This document shows positions 19,167 through 29,212 of a stretch of 64,000 bases of DNA, one piece after another; the stretch's first letter is position 1, and each line of letters opens with the position of its first letter. Below the pieces are notes generated by a model. It made no database searches, was not told where the DNA came from, and worked only from the letters and a program-made list of their open reading frames with translations. The stretch is from Holophaga sp. (GTDB lineage: Bacteria > Acidobacteriota > Holophagae > Holophagales > Holophagaceae), in the NCBI GenBank assembly GCA_035353395.1, contig DAOPZL010000009.1:5687-69686 (forward strand), in the 5' to 3' direction. Made by a program: the position numbers and the translations under genes.

Positions 19167-21518
19167 TCAGGGAACCTGCCGGAGGATTTTCCGAAGATCC
19201 TCGATGAGGAAGGGCTTGGGGAGGAATCCCGCGAAGCCCTCCTTCCTGTTCTCCTGGACGGCGTCGTGCTCGCTGTAGCCGCTGCACAGGATCACGGGAA
19301 CGTCGGCCCGGATCCGCTTGAGCTCGCGGAACGTCTCGCGGCCGTCCATCCGGGGCATGGTGAGATCCAGCAGGACCAGGTCGAAGTGTCCGTCCTCCGC
19401 CGCGAAGCGTTCGAGGGCATCCGGCCCGTCCACGGCCGTGGCCACCTGGAGGCCCATGATCTCGAGCATGGCGGCGGTGGCCTTCCGCACCTCGGCCTCG
19501 TCGTCCACCACCAGGATCTTCCTCTTGGGGAGGGGTTCCTCGCTGCCGGGCGCGGCTGGTTCGGGCCCGAGGTCCGCATGGTCGGCCGAGGGGAAGAACA
19601 GCATGAAGGTGGTGCCCTTCCCCGGGGCGCTGTCGATCTGGATCCCGGCCCGGTGTCCCCTGAGGATGCCCTGCATGGCGCAGAGCCCCAGGCCGCGGCC
19701 GCTCTCCTTGGTGCTGAAGAAGGGGTCGAAGATCTTGTCCCGGATCTCGGGAGCGATCCCGCAGCCCGTATCCGAGATCTCGAGGCAGACATGGAGCCCG
19801 GCCTCCAGGTTCTGGCCGGCGAAGGTCGACCGGAGCACGCCCTCGTCCAGGGGGTGGGTCCGCGTCGCGATGTCGATGGTGCCTTCCTGGTCCCCGATGG
19901 CCTCGGAGGCGTTGGTCACCAGGTTCATGACCACCTGCTGGATCTGCGCCGCGTCAGCCTCGACGGGCGGAAGCCCGCCGGCGAGGTCGTAGCGGACCGT
20001 GATCTTCTTCGAGATCGAGACGTTGAGGAGGTGGGTCATCTCCCGGACCACCTGGTTCAAGTCGTGCGGCCTCACGACGAAGCGTCCCCTGCCGGAGTAG
20101 GCCAGCATCTGCTTGGTCAGTTCGGCGGCCCTCAGGATCGTGTGCTCGATGTTGTCCAGGTAGGGCAGCGCCGGGGATTCCTGGGGGCTCGTCAGCTGCG
20201 CGAGGTTGAGGTTGCCCAGCATGGCCGTGAGGAGGTTGTTGAAGTCGTGGGCGATGCCTCCCGCCAGGATGCCGAGGCTCTCCAGCTTCTGGGTCTGGCG
20301 CAGGGCCTCTTCGGCCTGCTTGTTCTGGGTGATGTCCTGGGAGAAGCCCACGATGCGCGTGATCCGGCCCCCGCCGTCCCGGATGGGCACCAGGAGCGTC
20401 TGGAAGGTCCTGCGTCCCAGGGGCAGCTCCACCTCCTCCTCGTAGCGGATGGGGCCGCCGGCCGCCAGGCAGCGCTGGAAGTTCGCCACCACCGGGTCCG
20501 CGAGTTCCCTGGGCAGGAACTGGTGGAAGGACTGCCCGGCCAAGTCGCGGATGTCTCTTCCGAACCGGGCCGCCTCCGCGGGATTGAAGCTCTCGACGGT
20601 GAAGGTGCCGTCGGGGGCCACCAGGATCCAGAAGATGGCGTCGGTGGTGTTGTTGAACAGTTCCAGATAGCGCGCCTGGCTTTCCCGGAGGGCTTCCTCG
20701 GCGAGATGCCGCTCAGTCATGTCCATGAAGAGACCCTCGGCGCCGAGGTAGGTGCCGTCCGCGGCCAGATGGGGCGTGACGCTCTGGAGGATGCGGCGCC
20801 TTCCTCCATCCGGGCGTCGGATCTCGATCTCGTACGTGCCGGACTCGCCCCGCCGGCGCCGTTCCGTCTGCCTCAGGATCTCCTGGTAGGTGTTCTCGTC
20901 CACGAACTCCCGGAAGTGGTGCCCGGCCAGCGGCCCGGGAGCGACCCCGAAGATGCGCGCCGCCGCAGGATTGGCGAAGACCCATCGTTCCTCGGCATCC
21001 ATGATGGCGAAACCTTCCCCGAGCTTGTCCAGCAGGCTGCGCAGGTTGTTCTCGCTCTTCCGGAGCGCTTCCTCGGCCCGCTTCCGGACCGTGATGTCGC
21101 GGGAGATCCCGAAGGTGCCATGGAGGTTCCCTTCAGCATCCCGGAAGGGGGCCTTGGTGGTGGAGATCCAGGTCGCGCTTCCGTCCGGCTGGACCTCCAT
21201 CTCCTCGAGATCGACCTTGGGCAGGCCGGTCCGGAGGATCTCCTGCTCGTCCTCGCGGGTGCGCCGGGCAAGCTCCGGGGGAAGGAAGTCGAAGTCGGAC
21301 TTGCCCAGCACGAGGGACGGATCCTCCAGTCGGAAGGCCTGGGCGACCGCCCGGTTGGCCCAGATGAAACGGCTCTCGAGATCCTTGAAGTAGACCTGGT
21401 ACGGGGCCTGGTCCATCAGGGTGTGGAGCAGCTGCTCGCTGGTGCGCAGGCGCTCGATCTCGCGCTCCAGTGCCTGGATCCTGAGAGAGGTCTCGTCCAT
21501 AACGTTCTTCATCCGCAC
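19167..21518 (-). CDS. hybrid sensor histidine kinase / response regulator with three or more PAS domains
   Basis: Track ORF of 783 aa with no obvious TM segment. It has repeated PAS-like segments, an H-box (GGIAHDFNNLLTAM), GRGLGLCAM and a REC region (DLVLLDLTMPRMDG). Confidence 0.85.
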   Translation of the reverse strand: MRMKNVMDETSLRIQALEREIERLRTSEQLLHTLMDQAPYQVYFKDLESRFIWANRAVAQAFRLEDPSLVLGKSDFDFLPPELARRTREDEQEILRTGLPKVDLEEMEVQPDGSATWISTTKAPFRDAEGNLHGTFGISRDITVRKRAEEALRKSENNLRSLLDKLGEGFAIMDAEERWVFANPAAARIFGVAPGPLAGHHFREFVDENTYQEILRQTERRRRGESGTYEIEIRRPDGGRRRILQSVTPHLAADGTYLGAEGLFMDMTERHLAEEALRESQARYLELFNNTTDAIFWILVAPDGTFTVESFNPAEAARFGRDIRDLAGQSFHQFLPRELADPVVANFQRCLAAGGPIRYEEEVELPLGRRTFQTLLVPIRDGGGRITRIVGFSQDITQNKQAEEALRQTQKLESLGILAGGIAHDFNNLLTAMLGNLNLAQLTSPQESPALPYLDNIEHTILRAAELTKQMLAYSGRGRFVVRPHDLNQVVREMTHLLNVSISKKITVRYDLAGGLPPVEADAAQIQQVVMNLVTNASEAIGDQEGTIDIATRTHPLDEGVLRSTFAGQNLEAGLHVCLEISDTGCGIAPEIRDKIFDPFFSTKESGRGLGLCAMQGILRGHRAGIQIDSAPGKGTTFMLFFPSADHADLGPEPAAPGSEEPLPKRKILVVDDEAEVRKATAAMLEIMGLQVATAVDGPDALERFAAEDGHFDLVLLDLTMPRMDGRETFRELKRIRADVPVILCSGYSEHDAVQENRKEGFAGFLPKPFLIEDLRKILRQVP

Positions 21519-21538
21519 CGGATCAGTCCATGGAGTAT

Positions 21539-22375
21539 CTAGACGGACCAGGTCCGCCAGAGAGGGTGGGTTTCGGACAGCTCCTGCCTTGCCGCGTCCC
21601 GTTCCGCGGGCGAGGGGAACCGGGCCGCCCAGCAGCTTCCGGAGCCGCAGAGCAGGGGCTCTCCCCCCGCGTCCAGGAGCGCACGGCGCACCTCGGCCAG
21701 GGGCGGGCAGACCCAGATGGCCGCGCCGGTGAGGTCGTTGCGCCAGGGGGGGGCCGCCCCTGCAGGCAGGCTGGGACAGGGTTCGGGGAAGGGGTAGCCC
21801 ACGCTCGCGATCGCCCGGTAGACCGAGGGGGTGCCGACGTGGAGTCCTGGATGCACGATCAGGATGGGCTCCAGGGGAATGGGCCGGAGCGGGAAGACCC
21901 GTTCTCCCCGGCCCAGGCCCAGCGTGGTTCCGCCGAGCAGGAAGAGGGGGACGTCGCTGCCCAGGGTCGAGGCCAGGTCCAGCAGCTTTCGGGCGGGCAG
22001 CCCCAGCCCGAAAAGCTCGTTGCCCAGCCCCAGGGCCGCCGCTGCGTCGCTGCTCCCTCCGCCGAGCCCCGCCCCGTGCGGGATACGTTTCTCGAGGTGC
22101 AGGCGGGCCGGAAGAGGGCGGCCCGCCGCCTGCTCCAGCAGCCGCCAGGCCCGCAGGACCAGGTTGCCCTCGTCGACCACGAGGCCCTCGGCGGTGGGGC
22201 CGGAAAGCGCCAGGCTGAGCGCGTCAGCCGGTTCACCTTCCAGGATGTCCGTGAGTCCGGGAACCCCGTCCAGGACGGTGGTCACCAGTTCCAGGTCGTG
22301 GAATCCGTCCGGGCGCCTGCCAAGCACGGAGAGGAAGCGGTTGAACTTGGCGGGGGCGGACCTGATCATGGGCAC
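21539..22375 (-). CDS. ispE: 4-(cytidine 5'-diphospho)-2-C-methyl-D-erythritol kinase
   Basis: Track ORF of 278 aa. The N-terminus is APAKFNRFLSVLGRRPDGFHDLELV and the GHMP kinase motif IPHGAGLGGGSSDAAAAL is present. Confidence 0.9.
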   Translation of the reverse strand: MPMIRSAPAKFNRFLSVLGRRPDGFHDLELVTTVLDGVPGLTDILEGEPADALSLALSGPTAEGLVVDEGNLVLRAWRLLEQAAGRPLPARLHLEKRIPHGAGLGGGSSDAAAALGLGNELFGLGLPARKLLDLASTLGSDVPLFLLGGTTLGLGRGERVFPLRPIPLEPILIVHPGLHVGTPSVYRAIASVGYPFPEPCPSLPAGAAPPWRNDLTGAAIWVCPPLAEVRRALLDAGGEPLLCGSGSCWAARFPSPAERDAARQELSETHPLWRTWSV

Positions 22376-22408
22376 CCAGATTACCCCTTCAAGGGTTCCG
22401 GGCGGAAG

Positions 22409-23197
22409 CTAGAGGCCGTCCTCCAGTTCGAACTCGGGATCGGGGCGGCTCAGGATGTCCGGGCCGTCCTTGGTGATGGCCACGGTGTGTTCGAACTGGG
22501 CGCTCAGCTGGCCGTCGGCGGTGCGCACGGTCCATCCGTCCGGTTCCACCAGGCATTTGTGGGAGCCGATGTTCAGGATGGGCTCGATGGTGATCGTCAT
22601 GCCCACCTCCATGCGGAAGCCCGTGCCGGGGCGCTGGTCCGCGAAGACCACCTGCGGGTCCTCGTGGAGGTCCCGCCCCAGGCCGTGCCCGATGTATTCG
22701 CGGACCACGGAGTAGCCGCGCTCCTCGGAGAATCGCTGGACGGCCGAGGCCATGTCGCCGAGGCGGTAGCCCACCCGGCAGTACTCGATGCCCAGGTACA
22801 TCGCCAGCTGGCAGGTCGTGAGCAGGTCCCTGGCCTGCTCGCTGATCTTCCCGACGCCCACGGTGAGGCAGGTGTCCCCGTGGTAGCCGTCCAGCTTCGC
22901 GCCGCAGTCGATGGCGATGATGTCGCCCTCCCGCAGGGCATAGTGGTTCGGGATGCCGTGCACCACCCGGTCGTTGACGGAGGTGCAGAGGGTGCCCGGG
23001 AAGCCCCGGTAGCCCTTGAAGTTCGGCGTGCCCCCGTTCTTGCGGATGTAGGTCTCGGCCAGCTTGTCAAGCTCCAGGAGGGTGACCCCGGGCCTGGCGG
23101 CCCGGGCGGCGACCCGGAGCGCGTTGGCCGTGAGACGGCCGGCTTCCCGGAGCTTCTCGATCTCCCGGCGGCTCTTGTATCGGATCAGTTCGCGCAT
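22409..23197 (-). CDS. map: type I methionine aminopeptidase
   Basis: Track ORF of 262 aa. Metal-ligand motifs: DIIAIDCGAKLDGYHGD, IGHGLGRDLHE, MTITIEP, FEHTVAI. Confidence 0.95.
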   Translation of the reverse strand: MRELIRYKSRREIEKLREAGRLTANALRVAARAARPGVTLLELDKLAETYIRKNGGTPNFKGYRGFPGTLCTSVNDRVVHGIPNHYALREGDIIAIDCGAKLDGYHGDTCLTVGVGKISEQARDLLTTCQLAMYLGIEYCRVGYRLGDMASAVQRFSEERGYSVVREYIGHGLGRDLHEDPQVVFADQRPGTGFRMEVGMTITIEPILNIGSHKCLVEPDGWTVRTADGQLSAQFEHTVAITKDGPDILSRPDPEFELEDGL

Positions 23198-23229
23198 GGA
23201 ATCCAGTTTACACGCTAGACTCCAGGGTG

Positions 23230-23847
23230 ATGGCGTATGCGCGGGAAGAACTGGACTGGCTCGAGGCCGAGTGGGCCTACCACCTGCACGGCCGGTCCGC
23301 CTTCCTCAGCCGCGAGGACTTCGCGCAGCTCATGGTGTGGAGCGACCGGGGCGTCGCGGCGGACGCCCTCGTGGCCGCCATGGAGGCCTACTTCGAGCGG
23401 CGGGCCAGGCGGCCCAGGCCCCGGAGCTTCGTGGCGCTCTCGCACCTGGCGAAGGATGTGGACAAGATCGTGAAGCTGAGGGAGACGCTGCGCCGGGCGG
23501 AACCGGAAGGACCCCCTCCGGCGCAGGGCTGGGAGTCGGTCGAGGAGCCGCTGCGCTCGGATCCGCGGGCCCGGCGGGCCTTCGAGGCGTGGCGTCGCCT
23601 CCAGGCTGCGGCGCCCCTCCCGGATTCTCCGGGCTTCCTGGAGCACTTCGACGCGGAACGGCAGGCCCTGGGCGAGCTGGTGAAGCGCGCGGAGGAGGTC
23701 CTCGGGCCCGGCTGCGAGGACCTGGCCGGGGAGCTCCGGGGCCGTCTCCTGGAAGCCGGGCTCCAGGAGGGCAGCTTCGTGTGGAAGCGGGCCTGGGAAC
23801 ACCACTGGGGGCTGATGATCCGCGCGTCCTGGCGGATCCCCTGCTGA
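23230..23847 (+). CDS. hypothetical protein
   Basis: Track ORF 23227..23847 (GTG), with ATG one codon later. It is helical and Arg/Glu-rich. No family was recognised. Coding status rests on ORF length and strand fit only. Confidence 0.45.
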   Translation: MAYAREELDWLEAEWAYHLHGRSAFLSREDFAQLMVWSDRGVAADALVAAMEAYFERRARRPRPRSFVALSHLAKDVDKIVKLRETLRRAEPEGPPPAQGWESVEEPLRSDPRARRAFEAWRRLQAAAPLPDSPGFLEHFDAERQALGELVKRAEEVLGPGCEDLAGELRGRLLEAGLQEGSFVWKRAWEHHWGLMIRASWRIPC

Positions 23848-23896
23848 AGGGGCCAGGTATCATCCCTGCAGGGGGAACCCCCCGCGGAGGCCTCCC

Positions 23897-24505
23897 ATGC
23901 CCGTCTCGATCCTCGTCGCCAACCCGAAGCCCGGGAGCTTCTGCCACGCCATCGCCGCCGCCGCGGCCGGCGCCTGCCGGGGCCTGGGCCACGAGGTCCG
24001 CTTCCACGATCTCTACCTGGAGGCCTTCGAGCCGGTGCTGGACGAGCAGGAACTGCGGGAACGGCGCTCCGGCAGCGCGCTGGTGGAGGACCACTGCCGG
24101 GAAGCCTCGGACGCCGATGCCTTCGTCATCGTGCACCCCAACTGGTGGGGCCAGCCTCCCGCGATCCTGAAGGGCTGGGTGGACCGGGTCCTGCGGGCGG
24201 GGGTGGCCTACCGGTTCAGCGAGGGCGATGCGGGCACCGGGGTCCCGAGGGGGCTGCTCAAGGCGCGCACGGCCATCGTCCTGAATACCGCGGATACCCC
24301 CGCGGAGCGGGAGCTGGCGATCTTCGGAGATCCCCTGGACACCCTCTGGGGCAAGTGCATCTTCGGCTACTGCGGAGTGCCCGGTTTCGTACACCACACC
24401 TACAGCGTGGTCGCGAACAGCAGTGCGGCGGAGCGGCAGGCCTGGCTCGAGCACGCGAGGACCCTGGTCCGCGGGGCCCTGGGGCCGAGACCCGCCCTAC
24501 ACTGA
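23897..24505 (+). CDS. flavodoxin-like-fold NAD(P)H dehydrogenase (quinone) family protein
   Basis: Track ORF of 202 aa. Motifs ILVANPKPGSFCHAI... and FVIVHPNWWGQPPAILKGWVDRV are typical of the Flavodoxin_2/NQO-type family. Confidence 0.8.
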   Translation: MPVSILVANPKPGSFCHAIAAAAAGACRGLGHEVRFHDLYLEAFEPVLDEQELRERRSGSALVEDHCREASDADAFVIVHPNWWGQPPAILKGWVDRVLRAGVAYRFSEGDAGTGVPRGLLKARTAIVLNTADTPAERELAIFGDPLDTLWGKCIFGYCGVPGFVHHTYSVVANSSAAERQAWLEHARTLVRGALGPRPALH

Positions 24506-24529
24506 ACGAAGTCCGCGAAAGGAGCCGGC

Positions 24530-26191
24530 GTGACGAACACGTACAACGACTTCAGGGTCACCATGAGCGCCGCCGGGCCCGGGCAGGTTTCCTTGGCGGA
24601 GGGCAGGGGGGCCGTCGCCACCGCGGCCCGCCAGGCCTCGGAACTGGCCGTCCAGGTGCTCCAGGACGGCGGCAACGCCTTCGACGCCGCCTTCGCGACG
24701 GCGTTCTCCCTGTGCATCTACCACCCCCAGGCGGGAAACCTGGGCGGAGGGGGCTACCTGCTCTTCCAGGAGAAGGGAGGCAGGCCCCAGGCGTTCAACT
24801 ACCGGGAGCAGGCGCCCATGGGCGCCCGCCGGGAGGCCTTCCTGCTTCCGGACGGCAACCCGGACCCGGACAAGACGGCATTCGGTCCCTGCTCGGTGTG
24901 CGTGCCGGGCACGGTCAAGGCCTTCTTCGAACTGCACGCCCGCCACGGGAAGCTGAAGGCCGCGGACCTCCTGCTGGAGGTCGCCCGGCGGGCCGAGGAG
25001 GGCGCGGTCGTCACCCAGTACGAGGCGGACTGCCTCAACCGGCTCGCCCCCCGGCTGGCGGTATCGCCCGAGGCCCGGCGGATCTACGTGCGGGACACGC
25101 CCTACCAGGCCGGGGACGTACTGCCCAATCCCGCCCTCGCGGGCACCCTGAGGCTGCTGGCCCGGGAAGGGGAGCGGGCCTTCTACCGGGGCCGCATCGC
25201 CGAGCAGATCGCCGCCGACCTGGGGGCCCACGGCGGGTTCCTGTCCGAACGGGACCTGGCGGACTATGCCATCCGGGAGGTGGAGCCCCTTTCCGCCGAG
25301 ATCGCGGGAAGGCAGGTCTGGACCGTTCCCCCCGAGGGCGGCGGCGCCATGCTCCTGGAGATCCTGGAGATCCTCGACCGGGAGGCGTTCCGGCGACTGG
25401 AGTACGGCAGCCCGGAGTACTACCACTACCTGGCCCAGGCCTCCAAGCGGGCCTTCGTCGACCGCATGGACTACCTGGGGGATGTCCCCCTGGGGGAGAC
25501 TTGGCGGCGCCTGCTCGCCCGGGAGAACGCCGACCGCCTGTTCGCCCTCATCGATCCGGCGAGGGACACGCCCACGGACGCCCTGGCGGGAGGGCCGAGA
25601 ACCTCCGGGAAGGACACCACCCACTTCGCAATCATCGACGCGGAGGGCAACGCCGTCTCCAATTCCTACACCATGAACCTGCGCTACGGCTCGAAGTGGG
25701 CCGTGGCGGGCGCCGGCTTCCTGCTCAACGGCAGCCTCGACTCCTTCTCCTTCGTCGAAGGCAAGGAGAACTACTTCGGCGTCATCGGGAGCGCGCCCAA
25801 CCTCTTCGCGCCGGGGAAGCGGCCCGCCAGCAACATGGCCCCCGTCCTGGTGACCTCGGGCGCGGAGGTGGAGATGGTGCTGGGGACGCCCGGAGGCCCC
25901 ACGATCCCGACGACCCTGGCCAACATCCTCGTGGCCCTCCTGCTGCACGGAGTGGACCCGGAGGCGCTGGTCCGGGCCAGCCGCCTCCATCACCAGGGCT
26001 GGCCCGACGTCCTGGCCCACGAGCCCGGCTTCGACCGTCCCGGGCTGCTCGAGGCCCTGGCGGGGATGGGCTACCCCCTCAAGGACAAGCACGAGTTGAT
26101 CGCCGACGTGCACGGGGTTTTCCGGAAGGGGGGGCGCTGCCTCGCCGTCAGCGACTACCGCCGGGAAGGGAAGGCCCTGGCCCTGCCGTAG
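24530..26191 (+). CDS. ggt: gamma-glutamyltransferase family protein
   Basis: Track ORF of 553 aa with a GTG start. It has GNLGGGGYLLF and the autoprocessing/catalytic Thr region GKDTTHFAIIDAEGNAVS. No N-terminal hydrophobic signal peptide is visible. Confidence 0.9.
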   Translation: MTNTYNDFRVTMSAAGPGQVSLAEGRGAVATAARQASELAVQVLQDGGNAFDAAFATAFSLCIYHPQAGNLGGGGYLLFQEKGGRPQAFNYREQAPMGARREAFLLPDGNPDPDKTAFGPCSVCVPGTVKAFFELHARHGKLKAADLLLEVARRAEEGAVVTQYEADCLNRLAPRLAVSPEARRIYVRDTPYQAGDVLPNPALAGTLRLLAREGERAFYRGRIAEQIAADLGAHGGFLSERDLADYAIREVEPLSAEIAGRQVWTVPPEGGGAMLLEILEILDREAFRRLEYGSPEYYHYLAQASKRAFVDRMDYLGDVPLGETWRRLLARENADRLFALIDPARDTPTDALAGGPRTSGKDTTHFAIIDAEGNAVSNSYTMNLRYGSKWAVAGAGFLLNGSLDSFSFVEGKENYFGVIGSAPNLFAPGKRPASNMAPVLVTSGAEVEMVLGTPGGPTIPTTLANILVALLLHGVDPEALVRASRLHHQGWPDVLAHEPGFDRPGLLEALAGMGYPLKDKHELIADVHGVFRKGGRCLAVSDYRREGKALALP

Positions 26192-26193
26192 CG

Positions 26194-27246
26194 CTACAGG
26201 ATGGCCGCCAGGGCCTCGTGGCTTCCCCGCAGGAGGCGCTCCGTGGTCTCCCAGGAGATGCAGGCGTCCGTGACGGAGACCCCGTAGCGCAGTTCGGAGA
26301 GATCGCCGGGGATGGGCTGGCTGCCCTCCTCCAGGTAGCTTTCGAGCATGACGCCGACCAGGGAGCGGGTGCCGCCGATCCGCTGCTCGAGGATGCTGCG
26401 CAGGACGTCCTCCTGGCGGGCGGGCAGCTTGCCCGAGTTGGCGTGGCTGCAGTCGACCATGATCGCGGGCGGGAGCTTCGCCTGTCTGAGCTTGGCCTCG
26501 GCGGCGCGGATGCTCCCGGCGTCGAAGTTGGTCCGGGTCCTGCCTCCCCGCAGGACGACGTGCCCGTCGGGGTTCCCGGTGGTGCGCACGATGCTCGTGA
26601 AGCCGTCCTGGTCGATGCCCAGGAAGGTGTGCGGCGCCCGCGCCGACTGCATGGCGTCCAGCGCCACCTGCAGGGAGCCGTCCGTGGAGTTCTTGTAGCC
26701 CACGGGCATGGAGAGGCCGCTGGCCAGTTCCCGGTGGGTCTGGGATTCCGTGGTCCGGGCGCCGATGGCCGCCCAGGTCACCAGGTCGTCGATGTACTGG
26801 GGCACGATGGGATCCAGGAACTCCGTGGCGGCCGGCAGGCCCATGTCCGTGACCGCCAGCAGCAGGCGCCGCGCCAGGGCCAGCCCCTTCCCGATGTCGT
26901 GGGTGTGGTCCAGGTTGGGGTCGTTGATGAGGCCCTTCCAGCCCAGGGTCGTGCGCGGCTTCTCGAAGTAGACGCGCATCACGATCTCCATCCGGTCCGC
27001 GAGGGCGCGCCGCAGGCGGGCGAGCCTCCCGGCGTAGTCCAGGGCCCCCTCGAGGTCGTGGATGGAGCAGGGGCCCACCACGACGAGCAGGCGCGGGTCC
27101 TCCCCCCGGAGGATCCGGATGACGGCCTCGCGGTTCCGGGCCACCTGTTCGCGGGCGGTCCGGGGAATGGGGAGTTCCCGCTTCAGCACCCTCGGCGCCG
27201 GCAGGCGGGTGAAGCCGATGACGTGGAGGTCCTGGATCTTGATCAT
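26194..27246 (-). CDS. aroG: class I 3-deoxy-7-phosphoheptulonate (DAHP) synthase
   Basis: Track ORF 26194..27525 trimmed to ATG 27246. [18 protein letters not shown] aligns with the E. coli AroG N-terminus. Motifs: [35 protein letters not shown]. Isozyme specificity is unknown. Confidence 0.9.
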   Translation of the reverse strand: MIKIQDLHVIGFTRLPAPRVLKRELPIPRTAREQVARNREAVIRILRGEDPRLLVVVGPCSIHDLEGALDYAGRLARLRRALADRMEIVMRVYFEKPRTTLGWKGLINDPNLDHTHDIGKGLALARRLLLAVTDMGLPAATEFLDPIVPQYIDDLVTWAAIGARTTESQTHRELASGLSMPVGYKNSTDGSLQVALDAMQSARAPHTFLGIDQDGFTSIVRTTGNPDGHVVLRGGRTRTNFDAGSIRAAEAKLRQAKLPPAIMVDCSHANSGKLPARQEDVLRSILEQRIGGTRSLVGVMLESYLEEGSQPIPGDLSELRYGVSVTDACISWETTERLLRGSHEALAAIL

Positions 27247-27370
27247 GGGACCGCATTCTATCTGCCCGGGAGCCGCCGAGGCCGCGGGAATGACCGGATA
27301 AGAATTTTTCATCGCGAGGACGCCTGACCCTGGCCGCATTCCTCGTACATTAGGAGCCGAGGGTAGGTCC

Positions 27371-27850
27371 ATGGCCGGCACGAAGCTCGATCCCATCAAT
27401 CTGAGGATTCTCGAGGCGCTGCAGTGCCATGGACGGATCACCAACCAGGAGCTGGCGGAGCAGGTGGCCTTGTCCCCCAGCGCGTGCCTGGCCCGGGTCC
27501 GGAAGCTCGAGGCCGACGGGATCATTCCCCGCTACCTGGCCGACCTGGCCCTGGACAAGATCGGCCACATCCTGGAGGCCTTCATCGAGGTGACCCTCGA
27601 GAACCACAGCAGTCCCGAGGTGGCGCGGTTCCTGAAGCTCGTGGAGGAGCACCCGCACATGGTCTCCTGCCACCGCGTGAGCGGGCACTACGACTATCTG
27701 CTCTACGTCGTCGCCCAGGACATGCCCCAGCTCCGGCAGGTCGCCGATGCCCTCCTGGAGGACGGCCTGGGGGTGGCCAAGATCGCCACCATCCCGATCC
27801 TGGACCGGATCAAGGCGTTCCCCGGCTATCCGCTGCGGAGGCTGTTCTGA
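27371..27850 (+). CDS. lrp: Lrp/AsnC-family transcriptional regulator
   Basis: Track ORF of 159 aa. It has an HTH_AsnC segment ([42 protein letters not shown]) plus a RAM/ligand domain. It is divergent from the DAHP synthase gene. Confidence 0.9.
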   Translation: MAGTKLDPINLRILEALQCHGRITNQELAEQVALSPSACLARVRKLEADGIIPRYLADLALDKIGHILEAFIEVTLENHSSPEVARFLKLVEEHPHMVSCHRVSGHYDYLLYVVAQDMPQLRQVADALLEDGLGVAKIATIPILDRIKAFPGYPLRRLF

Positions 27851-27979
27851 CCGGATCCGCAGGTCCTGCGGTTTGCCCTGGACATCCACGCCGATTCTGC
27901 CCATGCTCCCCTGGGCTTCCCCAGCATTTGCCGGGCCCCTTCCCCCAGACTGTCCGTGCGTCCTGAACGGGAGACACCC

Positions 27980-29212
27980 ATGAACTGCGCACCCTATCCC
28001 ATCGATCTGGTCCGCCAGATGTTCCCTGCCCTCCGGAGGACCTACCAAGGCAAGCCCGTGGCCTATTTCGACGGTCCCGGCGGCTCCCAGGTGGTGGGCA
28101 CCTGCATCCAGGCCATGGCGGACTACATGCGGAGGGGCGGCGCGAACGTCCACGGCGTCTTCGCGTCGAGCGTCGAGACCGACGCGTACATCCACGAAGC
28201 CAGGTGCGCCATGGCGGACCTGCTCCACGCGGAGCCGGGCGAGATCGCCTTCGGCGCCAACGCCACCACCCTCCTCTTCCACGCGGCCCGGGCCCTGGGC
28301 CGGGACTGGAAGGCCGGCGACGAGATCGTCGTGACGGAGCTGGACCATCGTGGGAACGTGGACCCCTGGGTCACCCTCGCCGCGGACAAGGGCGTGACCG
28401 TCCGCTGGATCAAGGTGGACCGGGAGACCCTCACCCTGGATCTCTCCGGACTGGACGGCCTCATCGGCGCGAAGACCCGCCTGGTGGCGGTGGGGCTGGC
28501 CTCCAACGCCGTGGGCACCATCAACGATGTGGCGCGGATCGTCGCGAAGGCGAAGCAGGTCGGGGCCCTGGTGGCCGTGGACGCCGTCCAGGCGGTGCCG
28601 CACATCTCCGTGGACTTCAAGGCCCTCGGCGCGGACATCCTGTCCTGCTCGGCCTACAAGTTCTTCGGACCGCACCTCGGCGTCCTGGCCATCCGGTCGG
28701 AGCTGTTCGAGAAACTCCCGGTCTACAAGCTGGTCCCCGCGCCCGAGGAAGCGCCGGAAAGGCTCGAGACGGGCACCCTGAACCACGAGGGCCTGGCGGG
28801 CATCCAGCCCGCCGTGGAGTTCATCGCGAGCCTGGGCGGGGGGAGCACGCGCCGGGAACGGATCGTGTCCGGCTACGCGCGCATGGAGGCCCACGAGAAC
28901 CGCCTGGCCGAGAAGATCCGTGCGGCCCTGTCGGGCCTGCCCAGGGTCCGGCTCTTCCAGGCTCCCCCCTCCGTGCGCAAGACGCCCACCGTGGCCTTGA
29001 CCGTCGCGGGCCTGGCGCCCGTGGACGTCTGTCGACAGGTCATCGAGGAATCGTCCGTGTTCGTCGCGGACGGGGACTTCTACGCCTGGACCCTGGCGGA
29101 GGTCCTGGGCCTCCATCCGACGGGCGGATGGGTGCGCGCCGGCCTTTCCCCTTACAACAGCGAGGAGGAAGTGGACCGCTTCATCGAGGCCATGCGGCGC
29201 GTGGCGGGATGA
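27980..29212 (+). CDS. class V aminotransferase / cysteine-desulfurase-like PLP enzyme
   Basis: Track ORF 27956..29212 with ATG 27980 (MNCAPYPIDLVRQMFPAL). The PLP-Lys region is SCSAYKFFGPH. The layout is as in the cysteine desulfurase-related family. Confidence 0.85.
   Translation: MNCAPYPIDLVRQMFPALRRTYQGKPVAYFDGPGGSQVVGTCIQAMADYMRRGGANVHGVFASSVETDAYIHEARCAMADLLHAEPGEIAFGANATTLLFHAARALGRDWKAGDEIVVTELDHRGNVDPWVTLAADKGVTVRWIKVDRETLTLDLSGLDGLIGAKTRLVAVGLASNAVGTINDVARIVAKAKQVGALVAVDAVQAVPHISVDFKALGADILSCSAYKFFGPHLGVLAIRSELFEKLPVYKLVPAPEEAPERLETGTLNHEGLAGIQPAVEFIASLGGGSTRRERIVSGYARMEAHENRLAEKIRAALSGLPRVRLFQAPPSVRKTPTVALTVAGLAPVDVCRQVIEESSVFVADGDFYAWTLAEVLGLHPTGGWVRAGLSPYNSEEEVDRFIEAMRRVAG

Noticed and set aside
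19152-19169. Near-palindrome TGACGCCCCCGGGGCTCA between the convergent kinase genes as a bidirectional terminator
   Set aside because: The stem would be at most 4-5 bp with a minimal loop and no U-tract on either strand.
16770-21542. Long ORFs 16770..19076(-) and 19266..21542(+) opposite the two histidine kinases
   Set aside because: No recognisable domains and low-complexity composition. The sense frames contain H-box, G-box and REC motifs.
24145-27327. 1060-aa (+) and 919-aa (-) ORFs spanning ggt and the DAHP synthase gene
   Set aside because: They run across two well-supported genes on opposite strands and are compositionally antisense-like. They are not compatible with the motif-bearing frames.
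27857-27874. Hairpin CCGCAGGTCCTGCGG followed by TTT after the first Lrp gene
   Set aside because: Only about 5 bp of usable stem and a 3-nt T run. It is too weak to annotate as a terminator.
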